DNA of 64,000 nucleotides from an uncultured Pseudomonadota bacterium (GTDB lineage Bacteria; UBA10199; JACPAL01; GCA-016699445): NCBI GenBank assembly GCA_964555055.1, contig CAZKQW010000001.1, positions 262,500 to 326,499 of the forward strand, read 5' to 3'. Shown piece by piece: positions 48,129 to 55,250 of this stretch (position 1 is its first letter; each line of letters starts with the position of its first letter). The notes under the pieces were generated by a model. It saw only the letters and a program-made list of their open reading frames with translations, ran no database searches and was not told where the DNA came from. The position numbers and the translations under genes were made by a program.

Positions 48129-48392
48129 TTTTTGGTGGATAGGCGCTCGGGAAGGCTGTTTTTTGATTTTCAGCGAGTCGATCGGCACAAAATAACCCGG
48201 AACGACCAAGTCCACCACCATACGCCCCACCAGAAGCAGGTGAAAGAGCCAGACGGGTTTATAAAGGGTCAGCCCCACCACTTCCGCCATAAGCGCAAGG
48301 GACAGCCAAAAGGATCGGGGGGCCTGCCGGAGGGTCTGTTCGATGAAAGCCTTCATATTGATGTTATCGTCTCCCCATGCCAAAAGGTTGTG

Positions 48393-49244
48393 ATGAAAAG
48401 CGTTTTCGTCTGGATCAACGGCCGCATCCTCAACGCCAAAAAAGCGAAAATATCAATTGATAATTCGTCTTTCCTGAGTGGAATCGGCGTGTTCGAGACG
48501 ATGAAAGCCGTGGGCGACGACGTCCTTTTCCTCCCCCTTCACTTGGAAAGATTCTTCAAGAACGCGAAAAAAACGGGCCTGAAACTCCCCTGCCCTCCCG
48601 ACCTCCTTTTCCAAGCGATTCCAGCGATCGTCCGTAAAAACCGCTTCCCCCGGACCACGATCCGCATGACCCTCTCCCGCGACGGGCAAGGGAAACCCCA
48701 CCTCGTCATCGCCCCGCGCCCCTTCGAGGCCTATCCGAAAAGCCACTACACCCGGGGAGGAAAGCTCGTCTTCATCCGGTCGGTCGCAGCCGATTCCCCC
48801 GCCCTCTCGACGATCAAGACGACGAGCTATCTGACGAAAATGGCGGCCCGCGAGGAGACCAAGCGCCGCGGCGCCGTCGAAGGGTTGTTGATCAACGCCA
48901 AGGGTTTCGTGACGGAAGGGGCGAGCAGCAACGTTTTCATCGTGAAAAACGGCGTCCTCATCACACCGCCGTTATCCGACGGCCTCTTGCCGGGCACGCG
49001 CCGGAAGCTGGTCTTGAGGATCGCGAAAAAAATGAAAATGAAATCGAGGGAGAAAAGCCTGCGACCGCGGGACATCTTGGAGGCCGACGAAGTCTTCATC
49101 ACGAGCTCCCTCAAAGACATCCTGCCGATCCGAAGGGTCGAAGGAAAAACCCTCCCCGTCCCCTGCCCCGGCCCCGTGACTCGGGAACTTGTCGGAGCGG
49201 AACTAAAGCAATTGGGCAGCAACCTAATGCCCAAAGACTTTTAG
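48393..49244 (+). CDS. pabC: aminodeoxychorismate lyase (class IV aminotransferase fold, PabC-like)
   Basis: Start MKSVFVWINGRI at 48393; the track ORF from 48132 is an upstream extension. Motifs GIGVFETM, LHLERF, and the catalytic-Lys region IKTTSYL; ends in FITSSLKDILPI. Confidence 0.72.
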   Translation: MKSVFVWINGRILNAKKAKISIDNSSFLSGIGVFETMKAVGDDVLFLPLHLERFFKNAKKTGLKLPCPPDLLFQAIPAIVRKNRFPRTTIRMTLSRDGQGKPHLVIAPRPFEAYPKSHYTRGGKLVFIRSVAADSPALSTIKTTSYLTKMAAREETKRRGAVEGLLINAKGFVTEGASSNVFIVKNGVLITPPLSDGLLPGTRRKLVLRIAKKMKMKSREKSLRPRDILEADEVFITSSLKDILPIRRVEGKTLPVPCPGPVTRELVGAELKQLGSNLMPKDF

Positions 49245-49414
49245 CGCACATTTAAGGAAAAATTTTTTTCACTACACTTCCTGATTTCTACATTTTGTAG
49301 TGTAAGAATTGTGCAGTACACATTAATTATTTTCAATAAATGTACTGTACATAACTCTTTCACGTGTAGTACAGTACAAGATGCCAATTTTTAAATTTTG
49401 TACTGTACAACTCC
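49245..49414. promoter_or_regulatory. AT-rich control region with four copies of a TGTACTGTACA-like operator motif in both orientations, plus a CTACAttttGTAG palindrome
   Basis: Copies: 49311-49321 gtgcagtacac; 49341-49351 tgtactgtaca; 49366-49379 gtagtacagtacaa; 49399-49409 tgtactgtaca (ends 6 nt before the ATG at 49415). Palindrome ctacattttgtag at 49288-49300. Confidence 0.45.
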
Positions 49415-49738
49415 ATGAAAAGAAACGACGCCCCCATCGTTAAAGGTATCTTGAAAGAGGAGCTGGACCGCGCACGCGCGCTGCAAGCAAAGTACGAGAG
49501 GAAGATCCAGGAATACCCTCCAGGGTATCTTCTCAAGAGAAAGCGGGCGAGCGGGAAGCTGTATTATTACCTCTCCTATCGTCAGGGAGGGCAGATGAAA
49601 CAAGAGTACCTGGGGCCGCTCGAGCCCGCTGAGCTGAAAAACTATGAAAAGAAGATCGAGGAGAAAAATGCCCTTCGAGGACAACTTATCGAAGTGAAGA
49701 AGAACATCAAATATCTGGAAAGGCTATTGCGCAAATGA
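49415..49738 (+). CDS. small (107 aa) highly charged coiled-coil protein; putative regulator/antitoxin-like partner
   Basis: ORF right after the operator array. Lys/Glu/Arg-rich, with a Gly-flanked segment PPGYLLKRKRASGKLYYYLSYRQGG. The stop overlaps the next start (ATGA at 49735-49738). AT-rich codon usage unlike the host genes. Confidence 0.5.
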   Translation: MKRNDAPIVKGILKEELDRARALQAKYERKIQEYPPGYLLKRKRASGKLYYYLSYRQGGQMKQEYLGPLEPAELKNYEKKIEEKNALRGQLIEVKKNIKYLERLLRK

Positions 49739-50424
49739 ATCCTCTCGAGGACGAGATATTCCGGGTTCTCAAAGCCATGGAAGAGCACGGAGTTCTTGAC
49801 CATGTCATGGTCATTGGAAGCTGGACGACTCTCTTTTACAAAGATTATTTTGATGACCCGGATTATCACCCGGCGATCCGTACGACTGACATCGATTTCC
49901 TGGTCGCTCAAAAACCACCTAAGGGGCTGAAGCTGGATATTTCATCGATTCTACAAGGCCTCGGCTTTCTCCCGGATTATTCCTACGATGGCTGGCTCAC
50001 CTTCCAAAAACCGGATCTCCACATAGAATTCTTATGGCCTCGACTTGGCCCGAAAACGGACGAGGTTAAAAAAATTCCCGAGCTCGGCATTAATGTGAGG
50101 CCATTGAGATTCATGTGGTTATTGGCCCATTACCCGATCATCTGCACCTATAAGGGCATCAAACTAAAAATCGCCCATCCAGCGGCTTATGGTCTCCATA
50201 AACTAATCATTTCCACTCGGCGCACCAAGCCTTTCAAAAGGGATAATGATCGGCAACAGGCGGAAATGGTTTTAACTGCCCTAACAAAATCTACAGATAA
50301 GGAACTGCTTTATGAAATTTTGAATAAGCTATCTTCAAAAGAATGGATTGCTATGAAAAAAGCTATCCAAGGGAATCAACAGCTAGAAAGCATACTGCTA
50401 ACAGGGAAGGGACATACAAAATGA
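49735..50424 (+). CDS. minimal nucleotidyltransferase-fold protein (Pol-beta superfamily; AbiEii/MNT-like)
   Basis: Ordered NTase motifs: GS (VMVIGSWTTLFY), DxD (RTTDIDFLV) and a third acidic hEh (DLHIEFLWP). 229 aa. Translationally coupled on both sides via ATGA overlaps. Confidence 0.6.
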   Translation: MNPLEDEIFRVLKAMEEHGVLDHVMVIGSWTTLFYKDYFDDPDYHPAIRTTDIDFLVAQKPPKGLKLDISSILQGLGFLPDYSYDGWLTFQKPDLHIEFLWPRLGPKTDEVKKIPELGINVRPLRFMWLLAHYPIICTYKGIKLKIAHPAAYGLHKLIISTRRTKPFKRDNDRQQAEMVLTALTKSTDKELLYEILNKLSSKEWIAMKKAIQGNQQLESILLTGKGHTK

Positions 50425-51362
50425 CTAATTTTAAATATGACGTCGCATTTTCCTTTTTATCACAGGATGAGACACTTGCTGAAAGGCTGTCAGATATTGT
50501 TAGCGAACGTTATGAAGTATTTTTATATAGCAAAAGACAAGAGCACTTAGCTGGAAAGGATGGGGAAAAAGAATTTGCCGATGTGTTTTCAAACCAAGCA
50601 CGTACTGTAGTTATTCTATATAGAGAAGAATGGGGGAAGACAAATTGGACACGCATTGAGGAAACGGCCATTAAAAATCGCGCTCGTGATTTAGGATATG
50701 ACTTCACACTTTTTATTCCCCTCGACGACTCTAAGACACTCCCTCCTTGGCTTCCTAAAAATAGACTATACTATGATTTAGAAAGGTTCGGTGAGCAAAG
50801 TGCTGCGGCAGTAATTATTGCAAGAATTACTGATCAATTAGGTGAACCTAGACCAGCCTCAACCCTCGATGAAGCAAGGCGATTACAAGTTGATCTAAAA
50901 TTTAAACAGGAATTAAAACATTGGAAGAGATCTGAAGAAGGCGGCCAACAAGTTATTCAAGATGTGGAAGCGCTTTATAGAGAGATAGAAAAACAAATAA
51001 ACGAGATTAAGACTGAGAACCCACAATCCTTATTTCAAGTTGATAAAGGGAACCATCGTGATTTTGTTGTATATCACTCACCTATTTCTATGACTTTTGA
51101 TCTTCGCATGGAACACGTGAATGATTTAGAAAATGTAGCCTTAAAGGTTCGACATTGGGATAAGCAAATTGTACGTAGTTGTCACGTAATATATCCTTTT
51201 GGAGAGCCAAAAATTATTTTCCAAGAGTCATTTTCACCTGAACTTACACGCGATAAAGTTATTAGATGGCAAAGTAACAGCGCATCGCAACGCTCATATT
51301 CGAATCAAACATTAGCAGAACATTGTATGAAAACTTTTATGAATAAAATTCGCATGAGTTAG
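50421..51362 (+). CDS. TIR-domain protein with an uncharacterised ~170-aa C-terminal domain
   Basis: Starts MTNFKYDVAFSFLSQDE after a GGGAAGGGA RBS. YDVAFSF.SQDE matches the TIR box-1 (YDVF[IL]S[FH]..ED). ARTVVILYREEWGKTNWTRIEE matches the beta-D/alpha-C region that carries the catalytic Glu (compare [IV]VV[LI]S..[YF]..S.WC..EL). The C-terminal half has no recognisable motif. Confidence 0.68.
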   Translation: MTNFKYDVAFSFLSQDETLAERLSDIVSERYEVFLYSKRQEHLAGKDGEKEFADVFSNQARTVVILYREEWGKTNWTRIEETAIKNRARDLGYDFTLFIPLDDSKTLPPWLPKNRLYYDLERFGEQSAAAVIIARITDQLGEPRPASTLDEARRLQVDLKFKQELKHWKRSEEGGQQVIQDVEALYREIEKQINEIKTENPQSLFQVDKGNHRDFVVYHSPISMTFDLRMEHVNDLENVALKVRHWDKQIVRSCHVIYPFGEPKIIFQESFSPELTRDKVIRWQSNSASQRSYSNQTLAEHCMKTFMNKIRMS

Positions 51363-51555
51363 CCAAAATAGGTTTTTCTATAAAGATGAAGTAACGACTC
51401 TGACATCCGTCAGAGGTTCTCCAACCGAACTTTCCCGCTCTTGAATTTCCATCTTAATTTCGCCCCTTCACTCATCCGTAGGGGCAGATGCGCCGTGAGC
51501 CCCCTCTCTTCGTCCCCTAAGGGAATACGAAAGCGCGAGGAGCGATAGCGTTTAC

Positions 51556-52302
51556 CTAAGGATTATTTCCGACTTTCGCCTTCGGTCCGATCCATCGCTC
51601 CGCGATGGGTCTCGTTAGGATCCAGTAGGTCAATAGGCTCACCATGGCGACTTCGGCCGCCGCCATTGCGTTCACGGGCCAAAAACCGTGATGGGCTTTC
51701 GTCAGTTGGGTCGCCACTTGGCCGATGAAGGTATTGTTCACCATCATCCCTATATTGGCCGCTTGGCGCCCCTTCGTGGCGCTATCCTGATCCCCTCCCC
51801 ACCATTTATAAACGTAACTCAACGGCAACCCGCGGGTCAAAGCGCGCATGCCGCCCGTCACTAAAATGGCCGTCCACGTCTGGTTCGTGATGCGGCCCAC
51901 CAGGATTTGCGACGTCATCGCCAACGCGAAATCGATGGCCATGGTCTTCAGGACTTCTCTGGACACATTTTTCCCGCTCATCAAATCGGGCCATTGGAGG
52001 ATATGGCCCATCGGCAAGGGGAATACCGCGGCCAGAGCGCTTGTGATCATCATGGCGGCGGCTATTTGAAGGAACTGGGAGTTGAAAGGGAAGTTCGGGA
52101 CCCGCCAATTATAACCGGCGACCACGATCGGCGCCAACACCCCATGGGCTAGCACGGTCGTGCTCCATATCTTCACGGCTCGAGGCAGGAGGGTTTTAAG
52201 GTTGCCGGTCAAAGCGGTGTACTTCGGCGGTGGCGTCGGCGTAACGACGGCAGGCGATACCGGGGCGGATCTCGGGGGAGAAGCGGGGCCAATGGGGTTC
52301 AT
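51556..52302 (-). CDS. hypothetical membrane-associated protein with a Pro-rich N-terminus
   Basis: Host-like GC. N-terminus PASPPRSAPVSPAVVTPTPPPK, then several hydrophobic segments. No recognisable family. Confidence 0.4.
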   Translation of the reverse strand: MNPIGPASPPRSAPVSPAVVTPTPPPKYTALTGNLKTLLPRAVKIWSTTVLAHGVLAPIVVAGYNWRVPNFPFNSQFLQIAAAMMITSALAAVFPLPMGHILQWPDLMSGKNVSREVLKTMAIDFALAMTSQILVGRITNQTWTAILVTGGMRALTRGLPLSYVYKWWGGDQDSATKGRQAANIGMMVNNTFIGQVATQLTKAHHGFWPVNAMAAAEVAMVSLLTYWILTRPIAERWIGPKAKVGNNP

Positions 52303-52558
52303 GCGGGTTTCATCGGCCGGATACCGGAAAATGTTGCTTCAATAAAAAAGACAGGTTGTCTCCGATTTATGGCGGCCTAGGGACTAGGCCTATCATCCCC
52401 GTTCTGGGGTCAAATGACCTTCTGGCCCGCCATGATTTTTCGTCAAGTTGTTGATTTCACTGTCATTGAAGGTTGGCATTTTCTTTGCTTTTTCCCACCA
52501 TACCTCATGATGAGGATACTGGAACTACCCCTATCACAATGAAACAAAGGAGATAAAA

Positions 52559-52876
52559 ATGAAGAGAACAATCACGATGTTCCTGATTGGAGTGACCCTC
52601 ATTTTAGCCCAACCCGTCATGGCGGGCGGTACTATTTACTTGCAGGATAATGCAGGCGTTGGCCCCACTGTCGATCAAGAGAAGCTTCAAAACATCGAGA
52701 AACAATGCAGCAATGTGACGGAAGAATTCTTGTTAGCCTATAGAACAGGCGACGCACAAACTCAGACTCGGCTGAACTCCGCTATTTGCTTATGTAATCG
52801 CAGCGGGCTACCTACCGACTTCCCTGACCTTGTAGATCATCTCAATGTGCTATGCGTCAGAAACCTTAAGAGTTAA
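52559..52876 (+). CDS. small secreted protein (signal peptide, 4 Cys)
   Basis: GGAGATAAAAATG RBS. N-terminus MKRTITMFLIGVTLILAQPVMAGG. 105 aa. Confidence 0.45.
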   Translation: MKRTITMFLIGVTLILAQPVMAGGTIYLQDNAGVGPTVDQEKLQNIEKQCSNVTEEFLLAYRTGDAQTQTRLNSAICLCNRSGLPTDFPDLVDHLNVLCVRNLKS

Positions 52877-52904
52877 TAAGTTTTTAGTTTTTAAAAATAA
52901 CTCC

Positions 52905-52951
52905 CCCAGTTCCCGGTCAATCATGAGTGTCGGGAACTGGGAGATGCTTTT
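52905..52951. terminator. hairpin between convergent genes
   Basis: CCCAGTTCCCG (52905-52915) pairs perfectly with CGGGAACTGGG (52931-52941), with a 15-nt loop. Followed by AGATGCTTTTT. Confidence 0.45.
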
Positions 52952-53803
52952 TCACTTTCGCCTTTTTCCGAACGCCGCCTGTTTTAATAAGAAAAATAAA
53001 TCCTTCTTAGACTTTGCGGTGGCTTGCCTTAGGGAATTACCTAACGCCAAATAAGCCACAAGGCTCGATGACAATGCGCACCCTGTCCCATGAAATGATT
53101 TGGGGAGCTTAGCGACTGTGAAATCATAGAATTCCTTTCCGTCATACAAAATGTCCGTTGCCCTATCTTTACCCTCTCCCGTGAGATGCCCGCCTTTGAC
53201 GAGGACCGCACTCAGGCCCGGTGAATTTTTGTGGATGATTTTCGCCGCGGTTTTCATGTCGGCAATGGTCTCCACATCGATGCCGGAAAGGATGGACGCT
53301 TCGTCGAGGTTCGGCGTCACCAAAGTACAGGAACGAAATAATCTTTTGAGAAGGGGGACGGCTTCTCCCCCTAAAAGGGTCGTTCCGGTACTGGAACGCA
53401 AGACCGGATCCAGCACGACGGCTTTCGGCTTCGCGGACTTCACGTAGCGAAGGACTTCCCCGACATTTCCACGAGTCCCCAACATGCCGATCTTCACGTA
53501 ATCGCACCGTCCCACGCCGCGCAATTGATCCCGCAGGACCTTCGGCGAGACGGGATTGACTGAGAAAAACTTCGTCTCGTTTTGAGCGGTCACGGCCGTG
53601 ATGACCGAACGGGCGGACCATCCGAACCGCTGGAATACCCTCAGGTCGGCCTGGATACCGGCGCCGCCGGAAGGGTCGGACCCGGCGATGGTCAGGATCC
53701 TCGGATCTTTACCGGGATTTTTTCGACGCAACTTTTTCTCCGTCATGACGATAACCCGCGCATGGATAAAATATTTTTCGACTTCGACAAGGACCGGATC
53801 CAA
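52952..53803 (-). CDS. thiD: hydroxymethylpyrimidine/phosphomethylpyrimidine kinase
   Basis: RILTIAGSDPSGGAGIQADL signature, plus VKIGMLG and VLDPVL. The probable start is the internal MTEKK (~53746). Confidence 0.85.
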   Translation of the reverse strand: MDPVLVEVEKYFIHARVIVMTEKKLRRKNPGKDPRILTIAGSDPSGGAGIQADLRVFQRFGWSARSVITAVTAQNETKFFSVNPVSPKVLRDQLRGVGRCDYVKIGMLGTRGNVGEVLRYVKSAKPKAVVLDPVLRSSTGTTLLGGEAVPLLKRLFRSCTLVTPNLDEASILSGIDVETIADMKTAAKIIHKNSPGLSAVLVKGGHLTGEGKDRATDILYDGKEFYDFTVAKLPKSFHGTGCALSSSLVAYLALGNSLRQATAKSKKDLFFLLKQAAFGKRRK

Positions 53804-53851
53804 TTCGCCTTCAGCGGCGAATGCGAGACGCCGCGCAAGGATAAGAATTTT

Positions 53852-54541
53852 TCATTCACGGCATCTCCCGACAACGTCTACGAAATACCGGGATTCCGCC
53901 ACTCGATCTTTGGAATGGGGATGCGCCAAGGCCGAAATCATCGCTACCATCGCGACGCCCGTTTCGACAACGTCCTGCACATTCTCCCGGCCGATGCCGC
54001 CGATCGCCACCACCGGAGCTTCCAGACTCTCTACCACGACCTTTAATTTCTCTACGCTTTGCACGGGATGTCCCGGACCCTTCGTCGCCGTCGGGAAAAT
54101 CGCCCCGAACGCCACGTAATCCGCGCCGCGCTTTTCCGCTTCGATGGCCTCCGCCAACGAATGCGACGAGTAGCCGATGATTTTATCCCCCACCTGACGC
54201 CGGCACGCCTCGATCGACACGTCGTCCTGGCCCACGTGGATGCCGTCCGCGTTCGTTCGACGGAAAGCCTCGAGATCGTCGTTCACGATATAAGTGAAAG
54301 GGTATTTCCCCCGGAGATCGCCGAGGGCTTGGGCGGTCCTCAAATAGCCGGCGTAAGCGGCTTCCGATTCCCGGCGCTTTTTATGCCGGTATTGGAGGAT
54401 CCGGATGCCTCCGCGCAGGTACTCTTCGGCGGTGCCCACGAGATCCTCACCGCCCAGGACCCCTTCGTCGAGAATGGCGTAGACCCCGCACAGCATCAGT
54501 GGGCGTGGCCTCCCACCGCTTCCCATTGCTGCAGAGCCCAC
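53852..54541 (-). CDS. thiE: thiamine-phosphate synthase
   Basis: LCGVYAILDEG, RGGIRILQYRHK, FIVNDDLE, DGIHVGQDD, GYSSHSLAEA, YVAFGAIFPTATK, VVAIGGI. The probable start is the internal MLCGV (~54496). Confidence 0.85.
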   Translation of the reverse strand: MGSAAMGSGGRPRPLMLCGVYAILDEGVLGGEDLVGTAEEYLRGGIRILQYRHKKRRESEAAYAGYLRTAQALGDLRGKYPFTYIVNDDLEAFRRTNADGIHVGQDDVSIEACRRQVGDKIIGYSSHSLAEAIEAEKRGADYVAFGAIFPTATKGPGHPVQSVEKLKVVVESLEAPVVAIGGIGRENVQDVVETGVAMVAMISALAHPHSKDRVAESRYFVDVVGRCRE

Positions 54542-55236
54542 ATGGCGGCGAGTCCCATGACGAAGGCGATGTAGATCGTGGACTGTTCCTCCGCGTGCTC
54601 ATGGACGTGCGGCAGGAGATCCGAGAGAGAAATATGCAGGAACGTCCCGGCCGCGAACGCCAGGGCGACACCGGTCACTTGAGGGCTCTCCCCGATCACG
54701 TAGCGCGCCAGCAAGGCCCCGAGCGGCACCATGACGGCCAATAGCGCGTTAAAAAGGAGGATCGTCGTTCTTTTCCGGTTCTCCTGGAGGAGGACGGAAG
54801 AAAGGGCGAAGGCTTCCGGGATCTTATGGAAAAAAATCGTCAAAAAGACGATCAAGCCCAATCCTTCCAAAGCCAAGCCCGATCCCAGCGCGATCCCGTC
54901 GATCAACGAATGCAAGGCGATGCCGACGACGGCGGAAAGCCCCATCGGATGGACCTCGCATTCCAAAAGCTCGCACAGGTGGATCGTGAAGAATTTCTTC
55001 ACTAGATAGAGGAACAGGAATCCCGCCAAGACCCATAAAGACGCGTGCTTCCCGATCAATTCAAAGGAAGAAGGCTGGAGATGGATCAAAGCCGCGCCCA
55101 GCATCAGTCCCGCCGATAGGGAAAGGACGAAATGCAAGTGGCGCCGCGTCTTCGCCAGGAAGAGCGGGACGACGCCGCCCACGAGGACGGATCCCATGAT
55201 CAAAAGCACGTAAAGAAGAAAATTCGCGTTCAGCAT
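54496..55236 (-). CDS. ZIP-family divalent metal transporter (ZupT-like)
   Basis: Eight-TM-type hydrophobic profile with His-rich motifs (HEHAEEQ, ALHSLIDGIALG, HKIPEAFAL). Confidence 0.75.
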   Translation of the reverse strand: MLNANFLLYVLLIMGSVLVGGVVPLFLAKTRRHLHFVLSLSAGLMLGAALIHLQPSSFELIGKHASLWVLAGFLFLYLVKKFFTIHLCELLECEVHPMGLSAVVGIALHSLIDGIALGSGLALEGLGLIVFLTIFFHKIPEAFALSSVLLQENRKRTTILLFNALLAVMVPLGALLARYVIGESPQVTGVALAFAAGTFLHISLSDLLPHVHEHAEEQSTIYIAFVMGLAAMWALQQWEAVGGHAH

Positions 55237-55250
55237 AAGGTTCCCCTTTT

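Noticed and set aside
49300-49412. Possible CRISPR array from the repeated gtactgtaca units
   Set aside because: The repeats are only ~11 nt, imperfect, in both orientations and irregularly spaced. No cas genes are present. They fit operator sites, not CRISPR repeats.
49245-51555. Island as a prophage or integrative element remnant
   Set aside because: No integrase, recombinase, tRNA attachment site or flanking direct repeats are visible. Only the three coupled genes are present, so it is treated as a stand-alone defence islet.
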